Source: Faecousia sp.
GTDB taxonomy: Bacteria > Bacillota > Clostridia > Oscillospirales > Oscillospiraceae
Assembly (NCBI GenBank): GCA_034104845.1
Contig: JAXECZ010000062.1
Location: forward strand, 1,303-65,302
Direction: 5' to 3'
Length of the DNA stretch: 64,000 nt
Both the position numbers and the translations under genes were made by a program. The notes beneath the pieces were generated by a model. It searched no databases, was not told where the DNA came from, and saw only the letters and a list, made by a program, of their open reading frames with translations. This document shows positions 29,701-36,665 of this stretch, piece after piece. How positions within the stretch are numbered: the stretch's first letter is position 1; every line of letters starts with the position of its first letter.

Positions 29701-32602
29701 CGATCAGATAGATTTCGGTGGTCACCTCGCTGCCCAGCTTCTCCTTGTAGGAGCCGCCCTTGAATTTCAGGAAGTTATAATTGAAGCCGATTTTCTGACC
29801 GTATTCCGCCACCACGGTGACGCCAAAGGTGGCAACCACACCGGCCTGGCCAACCAGGTCGATGTTGATGCCCAGGGTGATGATACCATAGAAAGGATAC
29901 TTGTACTTGAACAGAGGCACAGCAAACAGATCCTGGTATTCCAGCTCCGCTCCGATCAGCTCCTGCATGGTGTTCATCAGTGTGTCGGCAGCCTCCTGGT
30001 AATCGACGTCTTCGGATGCGGTGCCGTCAGCGTTGACGATTTTCTGCAGCGTGGTTTTCGCCTCATCAAGGACATTGTCCATACCATCACCGGTGGTCGC
30101 TTTGATCTGCAGGCTCACAGTGGTCTTGGTATTGAACAGGACAGCCATATCCAGCCACAGGAATCCGCCGTCCACATTCACATCCAGAGTCAGCTGCTCC
30201 TCAAAGTACAGGTAAGGCGTAATGGTGGCAAGGATGCCCTGGGGACTCTTCAGGTAAATCGTAATGCCAACGCCGATGCCGGCAGTGGCGGTACTGCCAT
30301 CGATGGACAGCTTAATATCCAGCTTCGGGTCGGTAGGAATGGGTATCAGCGAAGCAAGGGAATAGGTGTTCGCACCATATTTCTCATCCAGCATCCGCTG
30401 AGTCTCCTCGTTGGTCATAACGGCCACCATCATCTGTGCCTTCAGCTCGTCGTTGGAAGTGAGCTGACTGGCGATGGCCTTTTCCACCTGGGCAATCTGC
30501 TCGTCGTCCATCAGCTCCTCGATGTTCACTTCCTCGGAGGTGTGCACATCCATCTCGGAGATGTAGGTCTCGGGGTCTGCGTAGGAGAAGGTCACCTCAC
30601 TGGTGCCGTCTTTATTGTCCTCCACGGCTTCAATTTTTGCAAAGAGCACATAGCCTGCCAGATCGCCGCCCTCCCATGCGTCGATGGTAGCTTCATCTCG
30701 ATTGATTTCGCCGTCGTAGAACACAACGATCTGCTCCGGCTGGAAATCCACCTCGCCGGTTATCGTCATTTTACCGGGAATGACATCGCCCTCGGCAGCA
30801 TGATCCTCAAGCACATCATGGACTGTGCCATCCAAGGAATAATCGGTTTTGTACTCCACCGCCGTTTTGCTCACAGGGGTGTAATCGGTCACCTTATCCC
30901 ATAGAACGTAGGTCAGCCCCTCGGCAAACTCAACAACTTCCACCTGCTCCCGGAAGACACTCACCGTCAGCGTGTCGATATACTCCGGATATCCGGCAAA
31001 CCGCACGCCGTTTTGTACATACAGGGTGAAGCTGGTGCCGGGAGTGAATCCCTTTTCACAATAGAGCTCCGCGCCGCTTTCGGTTTCCCGGACGGCGATT
31101 TCGGGAATCTCCAAACCGGTACCGGCTTCCACGGTAATGCTCTGTTTCGCTTCGTCTGCGGACATACCCTCGGGCAATACCAGTCCGATGGTCGCCTCTG
31201 CATCGGGAAGCTCAAGCTCAGCGATGCTGCCGGGGTCTTCCTGCGTCTGTTTCTCATAGGAGGCATACATGGCATAAAGGGTCATGCTCTGCTCAATGGG
31301 ATCGGTATAGCCGAAACCGGTGGTGCATTCCTCATCCACACACCAGCCCACAAAGGAATAGCCCTCCTTCGAGGTGTACAGGCTTTCCACCGGCTTGGTC
31401 AGCAGATACTCGCCCTTGGCAAACACCATTGGCTCCAACTCACGACCGCCGAAAGTTTCAAAGGTAATAACCGCCGCTTCGGATTCGTCTACGAATCGGG
31501 CATACAATGTCGTCTGCCGATCCACAGAGGCCAGCCGGGAAACGGGAGTGGTATATTCAGCATCCTCGTACCATGCGGTGAAAAGCTTCCCCTCCAAGGT
31601 GGTAACCGCCTCAGAAAAGTCAATCATCCCACCAGGGGCAATCTCCTGGGTTTCAACGGGTGTACCCTCGGTGACAAAGGACACCAGCCACTTGCTCAGC
31701 ACAAAGTCCACCTGCTCGCCGGGCTGCAGCTCCACGACTTCGGCATCAGGACCGGTCACTTCAAAGGGCTCCTCCGTTTCATTGACTACGGAACCGGTGG
31801 CGCGGACGGTCAGGGAGCCCACAGCCTCCTGCACACGAACCACGCCCAAGGCGCCGCTGCCCTCGATAACCACTTGGTCGGCACCCTTGACAATAACCTC
31901 AGGAAGCTGCGTGCCGGAGTCCATATGGAGGTAAATCACATCCGGCTCTGCTTCTTCCTCAGGCTCCTCTTCCTCTTTCACCGCGGTATCATGGATATGT
32001 ACACGGGTGATCTCGCATTCACTTAAATCGACACTGCTCTTGGCATTCAGCGAGAGTGCAGTGGCCTTGACAGCGGTGAGCGTCAGCCGCTGCGCCGTCG
32101 CAACCGCAAGGCGCTCCGGCAGCATGGTGGAGACGGAAAGGCCGTCACCCAAAATGGCAATATTGCCCGGCTTGCTCTCACCCCGAAGGCTGTCGATGGC
32201 TCCCTGGGAATCGACCACGGTGGGGAACGCGATTTCCATCAGCTGCACATATTCATCGGCAGTGATGGCAGCCTCAGGATCGATCCGCTGGGCTTCCTCG
32301 GGCAGATATCCATTTTCCGCAAGGATGGCCAGATAGACGCTGTCGTCCTCGAGGCTCAAATCTTCAATGCGCTCTGAATATGCGGTAAGATCGATGTTTG
32401 CCGCGTCTTCAACAATAAAGCTCAGCATACCGGCAATCTGCTTGGCTGCTTCCGCCCATGTGACCTCCTTCGCAAAGGAAAACACATCGCCGGAAGACCT
32501 CTGTTCACCGCCAGTTGTCTCTGCAAAGCCTGTAAGGCTGATGTTGGCAATCGTGGCGATCACCAGGATCATCGAAATGATTCTTCTGAAATATGACTTC
32601 AT
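20714..32602 (-). CDS. Giant secreted/surface protein (3,962 aa) rich in Listeria-Bacteroides (Flg_new/InlB-B type) repeats
   Basis: The ATG at 32602 has a GGAGG RBS (32611-32615). The signal peptide is MKSYFRRIISMILVIATIANISLTGFA. There are 13 or more repeats with the GY.F.GW...LYA.W signature. Two ~920-aa superrepeats are present, and the C-terminus has a Thr/Glu/Pro-rich heptad array. No LPXTG, SLH or terminal TM segment is seen. Confidence 0.85.
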   Translation of the reverse strand: MKSYFRRIISMILVIATIANISLTGFAETTGGEQRSSGDVFSFAKEVTWAEAAKQIAGMLSFIVEDAANIDLTAYSERIEDLSLEDDSVYLAILAENGYLPEEAQRIDPEAAITADEYVQLMEIAFPTVVDSQGAIDSLRGESKPGNIAILGDGLSVSTMLPERLAVATAQRLTLTAVKATALSLNAKSSVDLSECEITRVHIHDTAVKEEEEPEEEAEPDVIYLHMDSGTQLPEVIVKGADQVVIEGSGALGVVRVQEAVGSLTVRATGSVVNETEEPFEVTGPDAEVVELQPGEQVDFVLSKWLVSFVTEGTPVETQEIAPGGMIDFSEAVTTLEGKLFTAWYEDAEYTTPVSRLASVDRQTTLYARFVDESEAAVITFETFGGRELEPMVFAKGEYLLTKPVESLYTSKEGYSFVGWCVDEECTTGFGYTDPIEQSMTLYAMYASYEKQTQEDPGSIAELELPDAEATIGLVLPEGMSADEAKQSITVEAGTGLEIPEIAVRETESGAELYCEKGFTPGTSFTLYVQNGVRFAGYPEYIDTLTVSVFREQVEVVEFAEGLTYVLWDKVTDYTPVSKTAVEYKTDYSLDGTVHDVLEDHAAEGDVIPGKMTITGEVDFQPEQIVVFYDGEINRDEATIDAWEGGDLAGYVLFAKIEAVEDNKDGTSEVTFSYADPETYISEMDVHTSEEVNIEELMDDEQIAQVEKAIASQLTSNDELKAQMMVAVMTNEETQRMLDEKYGANTYSLASLIPIPTDPKLDIKLSIDGSTATAGIGVGITIYLKSPQGILATITPYLYFEEQLTLDVNVDGGFLWLDMAVLFNTKTTVSLQIKATTGDGMDNVLDEAKTTLQKIVNADGTASEDVDYQEAADTLMNTMQELIGAELEYQDLFAVPLFKYKYPFYGIITLGINIDLVGQAGVVATFGVTVVAEYGQKIGFNYNFLKFKGGSYKEKLGSEVTTEIYLIGKIGIRVGIAITLSVKLLQNVTVSITGAVYAYVDLAGMFMYVYALSAGGGNYAGALYLEVGIDAEIELALEVEVLFISKEFNWTLWSARWPLYKKSIGMTMSVVQSDELNEIWEQNMEDANANTTFPFPYLPMKSYDMLTAVCTENQLLFENLKDGKITAELTLENIVLNGEPVSSDDPRTSVMYVGDGVNGRCGVVYADEMAAAAYKVTDYECDVVLTYHNSNKSELIKNHRQVFHFAREFKMATTTVNVDIRLYDWCAHAWGIEGAEWDNDVVYAGKFESTHVLGCPVKPTATGTIDLNAVMDAVREQYPEIDGAALSWFSPTLNQVNRTVQYSTPRISSMCYMTPESNTIRYDVFSTTNEYNLTYNLFASRYPGYSGEITYIIESEQELNDAVFTLRGSDQGETLTFTPMMGGIDLPTPTAAASMGSTASNKPGMTTGNMGITDTAAPGTQTAEQNSAGDTTKYRWMLTTKRSLFNGSERAIMMSLNGGMAVASGLMVTGREAESVVILSLGNLSKVLTVATGEGIKSWSCVSPDASQLSAITPGSTVTLSAVLKDGYKSLRLTSEPEGLQYTIDGSTVTFTMPSYDVKVTLRGVRSYQANFLYNYDKLGTYQSFDVVQGDTIQKPANPYVKGLTFAGWYDNAECKGEAYDFSQQVTGNVTLYADWRVNVTVDFGGAMGQARYVENGVSKPIFSGDDKEYRRFTYTTHKLGDTALEYRLPEYNGYDFMGWYLTSDFSGDPVDPAEYKLTGGVTFYARWKQIAVLTYELNYGQQEEPYDMAMEYVGMPLSHIPVEPQRKNYQFLGWFRTQDANPANLIDLDSYLPEGSMTLYAGWKPVEYTITYKLGGGENDPANPVSYNIESGEIVLLDPTRKGYTFLGWTAAGEGLSGSVDRIPAGSTGSVTLTAAWEVNTYTISYTLGGGNVDGENPDSYTVEDAEITLINPSRSGYTFLGWTGTDLTEATRNVVIPTGSTGNRSYTANWSSNVATEDIVQAALDAIQDPYTMSVNDFESIQDVKTLAVEDISKDPICADYLDQLSVTVAQVGEAKEDGTGYSYTAKVTVSFTDDSGNPITRNKNVALRVEKNPVTISAEVVYSIGGKYVAYGTVLQDVELTNNAAVSGGRNVAGQFQWADGTIVPVAADNGKLLYKLRFTPTDTANYCTAEMLMVVNTQIGVQIAMDAPTTIAYTGGNLGLSDVGFYAVNKDTGEKLEGVSLDLAGAVLEQSQFTPGKATVTLKSFDSCQLLGVSDTNLYAIVGRDVSAEVTINRAKPIISGTTGYSTDYGKQLKDISLELYAATVAEDSVEGNFAWENPNTRLGEVGVFSYKVTFTPKDLNCYESVSLDVKVTVNGVPGKVTYILQAPDAPADSQFTISGAMEAMSFAPVEGKTNEWSVTVNRAAFAENSECPILLKRSGSTAIETGLTVTGREADDQVILTLDNIPRKLSVTYTDGLDGWQLLKPENLDMNTIAPGTEITISANLLEGFNNLRLSSDPEGLSYTSYGETLTFTMPANDVDIELRGVKNYLLNCLYNYNDMGIYCNVESAEDGSVTNPADPTIDGLTFAGWYDNPDFTGEPFDFSQKITGNIDLYADWRVNVTVDFGGQKGVAAYYPKETGGEWVPPEVVDPGDGLGGDYTLIFPGDSTEKERFTYSTQRVGDTMLNLVIPQPEDYGFFGWYLTADYSDEEVNLYGYELTESVTFYAKWKKFAKLNYMWNDGTEDQWDEVVEYVGDLAQRAPSDPAWDGYEFTGWYRTPACQEKDRIDLATYQVEGDLTLYAGWKLVDYTISYTLNGGVNDSRNPESYTIVDEKTDIYQPTREGYAFDGWDYSDEDPVACNDAFDYWIPAGSIGNVSLSARWVPIKYFISYELNGGTVTTENPEDYNIESAKITLNNPTRKGYTFLGWTGDGLENPTTDVTIPAGSIGNRSYTANWQIKTSVADIVKAAKNAISDTLTYSFKADFDNNLNVGPAEFAPKIQEILSGNATCADYVGDQLTVLVVQNGEKKEDGTGYTYNTTVTVTFTDDNGDVTSQNKTVNIRLTKAAVNISIAEPVCTVDGKYIKYGTSLKDVKLSDDCEARGPEDELVAGSFTWADETIVPKVADNGTAKYKVLFTPDAERGWASYYSTAETMIVVNTQFGVKLGIDAPDSVEYMGRGLKPDECSFYVVDQDTGEKLESAAVSCTSVVLDQTSIVPGTATITPKSFNGLNITGISGNSLYALDSTYTGDTFTITRATVSITGETAYNALVGTSLTDITLNLKASTKYENSVSGNFSFDTNDTTLNTVGTKSYDVKFTPENVNCYSVPSAKSVTVTVAKKEVAVPKINPVVYDGKSHAPNVSATDDYTVTGNGAQTNAGNYTVTLTLKDTNKCKWADGDENATKTLTFTIQKANLTVTGTASVKELAYGQKLKAGHETSSEKKYQTTATEMISGLTIKDASGSNVTGYWEWDDENYVDKTLGASKKGVSGDNGEGYEVNAKFTATNASYSQNYNELSKSFHVDISRVTPTADSSMFKVKEGAIYMPKDAREGLAQPVNPLNDFTPAFSGSARPYCPNDTSLTVDGTLSWEDGSRKPKYSETTATAVFTPSEGYSKNYTTANVEVPLEYKEYMTVKIICDHYLLFNMLYQSEANTVTANWAPDYAWENVNFFSMKVSGGAENICVYRATVYDSKGNVVLQTEFPQYDPATFQPNRYGNIIGPQNPPLLLKTVPHGTRTDVIGNMVTFPPDTTGNNYIWNRTDVTIKIILGTMSSLDGEVYPSFGVYSTRAAAPTMLMAAEPTTEPTEPTTEATEPAEIPEPGEIGSVVSIRPKQEAEQYGDFWVIPLEQDQELVEFQWETSEPASKYYLYTMDEFGNLEFYAETTETSAMLFAEDYEGSNTLYVGAVLEDGSVTWGEAMFQLIPFEEATEETTEPTEETTEPTEETTEPTQETTEPTEETTEPTQETTEPTQETTEPTEKSTQKQPTEPTTESIPEPTFASAPAPEESTPGTQPAKEAA
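20837..20992 (-). repeat. In-frame 21-bp tandem repeat (~7 units) encoding ETTEPT[E/Q]
   Basis: ggtaggctccgtggtctcctc-type units read directly. The protein reads TEETTEPTEETTEPTEETTEPTQETTEPTEETTEPTQETTEPTQETTEPTE. Confidence 0.85.
22700..28240 (-). repeat. Two divergent ~2.77-kb tandem coding superrepeats inside the giant gene
   Basis: Blocks starting ..ASGLMVTGREAESVVILSLGNLSKVLTV.. and ..ETGLTVTGREADDQVILTLDNIPRKLSV.. run in parallel for ~920 aa. For example, LYADWRVNVTVDFGG occurs at ~27.69 kb and ~24.92 kb. Boundaries are approximate. Confidence 0.7.
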
Positions 32603-32639
32603 TTTTTGTCCTCCTGCCTTCAATAGCCAGTTGATTTCG

Positions 32640-32954
32640 TTATTTCACGATCAGATCTGCTTCTTCCAGGGCGGCCCTGCTTCTCAGTTTTTCATGAAAG
32701 CAGACGCCTATGATATCTCTGGTTTCCTCCTTGATTAGATACGGGCATGAGCCACAATCGTCATAGTCGCCCGCGGCATAGGGGCAGCCATCACTGACGA
32801 CGCTTCTCCACGGTCTGCCGCTCGGTGTGTACCGTGGTTCCGCATCGAATTCAGGAAACTGCCCGATGAAGATTCCTGCATCCTCATCGTAATGGTATGG
32901 CACTGTGAGCTGATCGCCGTCAACCAGAAAGGTTTTCAGTCGTTCATTTTGCAT
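32640..32954 (-). CDS. Small Cys-containing hypothetical protein (104 aa), first gene of the giant-protein operon
   Basis: The ATG at 32954 (MQNERLKTFLVDGDQL...) has a GGAGG RBS. Motifs are CPYAAGDYDDCGSCPY..VCFH. Its stop is 37 nt before the giant ORF start. Confidence 0.5.
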   Translation of the reverse strand: MQNERLKTFLVDGDQLTVPYHYDEDAGIFIGQFPEFDAEPRYTPSGRPWRSVVSDGCPYAAGDYDDCGSCPYLIKEETRDIIGVCFHEKLRSRAALEEADLIVK

Positions 32955-32985
32955 CAGGCTGCCTCCTTCTACCTTTTCTGGAACC

Positions 32986-33014
32986 ATTATACAGTGGGTT
33001 CATCCGATTTCACA
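32986..33014 (-). promoter_or_regulatory. Candidate promoter of the small-ORF/giant/S8 operon: TGTGAA-N17-TATAAT
   Basis: On the minus strand, TATAAT (32986-32991) with a weak -35 TGTGAA (33009-33014). The weak -35 would fit activator dependence. Confidence 0.35.
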
Positions 33015-33066
33015 GAGCAATTTCAGAACTTTTTTTACTTAGGCAAGCAGAGGGTATCCCTTGAAC

Positions 33067-33104
33067 AAAAAAACAAATCCCTTCACTTTCATGAACGGAT
33101 TTGT
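33067..33104 (-). terminator. Rho-independent terminator after the LuxR-type gene
   Basis: Arms ACAAATCC/GGATTTGT (8 bp) followed by a T-run on the minus strand. Confidence 0.6.
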
Positions 33105-33118
33105 AGGGGAATCATGTT

Positions 33119-34318
33119 TTATGCAAGCATGAACTGCCCCAGTTCCCGCTTGCTGGAAATGCCAAGCTTTTGGTAGATCACCTGGATGGTATTCGTTATG
33201 GTGCGCGGGGACAGGAGCATGTATGTGGCAATTTCCTTTGCTGTCCATCCGCGGTTGTACAGCATGGCAATGGTGAATTCCGTTGTGGTCAGATTATCCG
33301 CCACCTCCTGTTTGGCAACCAGGCGGTGAATTTCGCGCCAGCCTGCGCTGAAGGAATAGGTAATGGCAATGATCCTTTCGAACGCTTCCGGATACTCTTT
33401 CTGGAAAAAGAGTTCAATCATTCCCTGCAAAAGGCCGTGATGCTCACCGAAAGGCTCGATCAGGCCATCCTGCTGCGCCAGCGCCCATGCCTGTTCGATG
33501 TGCTGCTTCGCCTCGTTCACGCGCCTGAGACTCATCAGGTTCATAACGATCACAAGATGCATATAGATCGCAGCCACAGGATACATCTGAGGACTGATGG
33601 ACAGCGCCAGTTCCGCGATAGCCAGGGAACCGCTGTAGTTTTTCTCCAGATATTCCCTATGCGCCAGCATATAGCATGCCCACAGCTTTAGGCCCTCCGG
33701 CAGATAGCAAATATACCGTTGAAGATCAATATTGCCGGACATGGGCAGGTGCAGCAGAACCGAGGATGCCGTGGCCGCAAACACACCGATGGCACGAAGC
33801 TGAGGTGCGGAATCCGTCCGGAGATCCCTCTGCAGATCCGCCTGTACCCGTTCAAAGGCATACATGGCCTGACGGGTGTGTCCTCTGGTGAAGTTGGAGA
33901 AGAATCCCACAAGATTGGCTGAATAGCGCAGTACGGGGTCGGCACTATCCTGATAGGGTTCCATCGTCTTAGCTGCCAACTCCGCCTGTCCGCAGAAATA
34001 GTAGTACTCACCCAAGGCAATCGTCCTGTCATCCTCGTCCGGGATCGTGTCGATGAATGCACGGCATTTTCCAACGGGATAGGCGCTGTTCATAAGCGGC
34101 ATGGCGGTTCGGACGGCCCGTTCGGAAATCGTGCTTTGCGGCTCCACATGCTCCATAGGTGCATCCTGCTCTTCTGTGGGAACGAAATCCGCCGGAATCA
34201 TCCACGAATGCCCGCGCTGCATGGCTCCGGGAATCCGCCCCTCCTTCGCCCACTTCCGGATGGTGTGGATGGTTACGCCCAGTCGATCCGCTGCCTGCTG
34301 AGACGATTCATAAATCAC
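33119..34318 (-). CDS. LuxR-family transcriptional regulator with an N-terminal excisionase/MerR-like HTH (399 aa)
   Basis: The N-terminus QQAADRLGVTIHTIRKWAKEGRIPG is an HTH. The C-terminus LTTTEFTIAMLYNRGWTAKEIATYMLLSPRTITNTIQVIYQKLGI is a LuxR/GerE HTH. The middle is helical-repeat-like. Confidence 0.8.
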   Translation of the reverse strand: MIYESSQQAADRLGVTIHTIRKWAKEGRIPGAMQRGHSWMIPADFVPTEEQDAPMEHVEPQSTISERAVRTAMPLMNSAYPVGKCRAFIDTIPDEDDRTIALGEYYYFCGQAELAAKTMEPYQDSADPVLRYSANLVGFFSNFTRGHTRQAMYAFERVQADLQRDLRTDSAPQLRAIGVFAATASSVLLHLPMSGNIDLQRYICYLPEGLKLWACYMLAHREYLEKNYSGSLAIAELALSISPQMYPVAAIYMHLVIVMNLMSLRRVNEAKQHIEQAWALAQQDGLIEPFGEHHGLLQGMIELFFQKEYPEAFERIIAITYSFSAGWREIHRLVAKQEVADNLTTTEFTIAMLYNRGWTAKEIATYMLLSPRTITNTIQVIYQKLGISSKRELGQFMLA

Positions 34319-35046
34319 AGCATATCCCCCTCTCGCACATCCGAAGCCGAAGCCCGGAGCGTATCACTGTTGAAGCCCTCCTGAGCCTGCTGAACCGTGT
34401 TCTCGATTATGCTGCTCGCCATAGCCGCGAGGTCCATCGCCAGCACCTGGGAAATCACCGCTTCCCGCTCCTGGGCCGGCACCTCGTAAATCTTCAGTGT
34501 GCACCGCAGAAATAGCGTGATTTTCTTTTCGATAGGAAAATACAAATCACACTTACGTGCCATGAGTCCGCGCATCACGCCGCCTGAGGCAAGTTCCATC
34601 TCATAAAAATCGCTCTGTGACGCATCTGGAAGATATTTGCTAAAGACCTGCTGCAGCTCCTGTGCAGTGCTTTTGTAAATGTAATCCACCGTAGTGGGCA
34701 GAGTGTACGCCGCCGTATACAGATCCTGCAGCGGTTCGCCGAGTTCGCAGATATGCAGCTGCAGCGCCGTTTCCACGCAGTAAACCAGCAGCGGATCCGC
34801 GTTATCCCCCAGTATTGACCGTGCAGCAAAAAACTGTGCGCTGAACATGTGGGTCACCAGAGCGTACAGAATGGACTCCTTATCCGGATATGCACGAAGC
34901 AAAGCCCCCTTTGTCCGGTCAATCCGCCTGGCGATCTGGTCGAGAGTCGTCTCTCGATAGCCCTGCTTCAGGAAAAGAACAACCGCATACCGCAGCACCT
35001 GAGCACGGGTCTGTTCCGTACGCTGATAGCGTTTTCCCTGTTTCAT
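34315..35046 (-). CDS. TetR/AcrR-family transcriptional regulator (243 aa)
   Basis: Track ORF extends to 35205. The ATG at 35046 (MKQGKRYQRTEQTRAQVLRYAVVLFLKQGYRETTLDQIARRIDRTKGALLRAY) has a GGAGGGG RBS. It overlaps the LuxR gene by 4 nt. Confidence 0.8.
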   Translation of the reverse strand: MKQGKRYQRTEQTRAQVLRYAVVLFLKQGYRETTLDQIARRIDRTKGALLRAYPDKESILYALVTHMFSAQFFAARSILGDNADPLLVYCVETALQLHICELGEPLQDLYTAAYTLPTTVDYIYKSTAQELQQVFSKYLPDASQSDFYEMELASGGVMRGLMARKCDLYFPIEKKITLFLRCTLKIYEVPAQEREAVISQVLAMDLAAMASSIIENTVQQAQEGFNSDTLRASASDVREGDML

Positions 35047-35104
35047 CCAACCCCTCCAAAAGAAAAGCTGACCGTGGTCCGTTTTCCAGTCCTTTGTACG
35101 ATGT

Positions 35105-35133
35105 ATTATAACCGCAAAGCCAAATGAAGTCAA
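35105..35133 (-). promoter_or_regulatory. Near-consensus promoter TTGACT-N17-TATAAT for the TetR-LuxR operon
   Basis: On the minus strand, TTGACT (35128-35133), a 17-nt spacer and TATAAT (35105-35110). Confidence 0.6.
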
Positions 35134-35167
35134 TAGTTCAAATTCGTGTGCACAGATGCTTTGTGTA

Positions 35168-35196
35168 TTGAAAAAGCAAAAATGATATGCTATACT
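35168..35196 (+). promoter_or_regulatory. Promoter for ychF: TTGAAA-N17-(TGc)TATACT
   Basis: TTGAAA 35168-35173 and an extended -10 TGCTATACT ending at 35196. It is divergent from the TetR promoter. Confidence 0.55.
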
Positions 35197-35347
35197 GTAA
35201 AGCAATGTATTGTGCTTATTTCTACAGTTTTTCTTTTGCTGCGGCCCCCTTGCCTTTCCGCAAAGAAATCAAAATGGAGCAGAAACGGCGTAGAATACAC
35301 AACCAAAAATCGAAAAACCCTAGAGAATAAAGGAGATTTGAGAATAA

Positions 35348-36445
35348 ATGAAATTAGGTATCGTTGGTCTGCCCAACGTGGGCAAATCCACCCTGTTCAA
35401 CGCCATCACCAACGCAGGCGTTCCTGCTGACAACTATGCTTTCTGCACCATCGACCCCAACGTGGGCGTTGTGTCCGTGCCAGATGAGCGGCTGGACTGG
35501 CTCGCCCAGCTTCACAACCCCAAGAAGGTCACTCCCGCCGTCATTGAGTTTGTAGACATTGCAGGCCTGGTAAAGGGCGCCTCCAAGGGTGAGGGCCTGG
35601 GCAACAAATTTCTGAGCAACATCCGTACCACCGATGCCATCGTCCATGTGGTTCGCTGCTTTGAGGATTCCAACGTCACCCATGTGGAGGGCTCCACCGA
35701 CCCCCTGCGGGATATTGATATCATCAATCTGGAGCTGGTCATGGCGGATATCGAAATGGTGGAACGGCGCATCGACAAATGCCAGAAAGCCGCCAAGGGG
35801 GGCGATAAGCGGTTCCTCCACGAAGCAGAGGTATTTGGGGAGCTGCTTACCCACCTGAACCAGGGTAAGCTGGCCCGAACCTTTGACGGCAGTGAGGAAG
35901 ACATGGCCCTGATCGCCACCAGTGATCTGCTGACGCTGAAGAAAACCATCTATGTTGCCAACCTCTCCGAGAGTGAGGTCAACGACCCCGATAGCAACCG
36001 GCACTATCTGGCTGTGAAGCAGCTGGCTGAAGCAGAGGGCAGCCAGGTGCTTCCCATCTGTGCCAAGCTGGAGGCTGACATTGCCGAGCTGGACGACCCG
36101 GAGGAAAAAGCCATGTTCATGGAGGAGCTGGGCGTTGCGGAATCCGGCCTGGATCGGCTGATTCGCAGCAGCTACGCTCTGCTGGGGTTGATTTCCTTCC
36201 TCACGGCCGGTTCTGATGAATGCCGGGCATGGACCATCAAGCGGGGCACCAAGGCTCCCCAGGCCGCCGGAAAAATCCACACCGACTTTGAGCGTGGCTT
36301 TATCCGTGCGGAAGTGATTGCCTTTGAGGATATGAAAGCCTGCGGCAGCATGGCAGCCGCCAAGGCAAAGGGATTGGTCCGCAGCGAGGGCAAGGAATAT
36401 GTGATGAAGGACGGGGACATTGTCAATTTCCTGTTCAACGTCTAA
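35348..36445 (+). CDS. ychF: Ribosome-binding/redox-regulated ATPase YchF (365 aa)
   Basis: MKLGIVGLPNVGKSTLFNAIT (G1), DIAGLVKGAS (G3) and a C-terminal TGS-like GFIRAEV..KDGDIVNFLFNV. Confidence 0.95.
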   Translation: MKLGIVGLPNVGKSTLFNAITNAGVPADNYAFCTIDPNVGVVSVPDERLDWLAQLHNPKKVTPAVIEFVDIAGLVKGASKGEGLGNKFLSNIRTTDAIVHVVRCFEDSNVTHVEGSTDPLRDIDIINLELVMADIEMVERRIDKCQKAAKGGDKRFLHEAEVFGELLTHLNQGKLARTFDGSEEDMALIATSDLLTLKKTIYVANLSESEVNDPDSNRHYLAVKQLAEAEGSQVLPICAKLEADIAELDDPEEKAMFMEELGVAESGLDRLIRSSYALLGLISFLTAGSDECRAWTIKRGTKAPQAAGKIHTDFERGFIRAEVIAFEDMKACGSMAAAKAKGLVRSEGKEYVMKDGDIVNFLFNV

Positions 36446-36603
36446 AAATCAGAACGCAAAAAGCATGGCGCTGACTCTCCAACGGGAGAATCGGCGCTAT
36501 GTTCATGATTGAGGTGATAATCTGCTTTTGGATTATCGGGAAAGAATCTGATGCGGTAAATCCGCAATGAGATGGTTGCCTTTTCCTTTTCAAAAACCAA
36601 ACC

Positions 36604-36637
36604 GCGCCGCACACTCCGTTTTTGGAATGTGCGGCGC
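36604..36637. terminator. 10-bp GC-rich hairpin between the convergent ychF and lipoprotein genes
   Basis: GCGCCGCACA-N14-TGTGCGGCGC, followed on the minus strand by a T-rich tract. Confidence 0.6.
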
Positions 36638-36665
36638 CGTATTTCGGAGATGAATGATGTATCCG

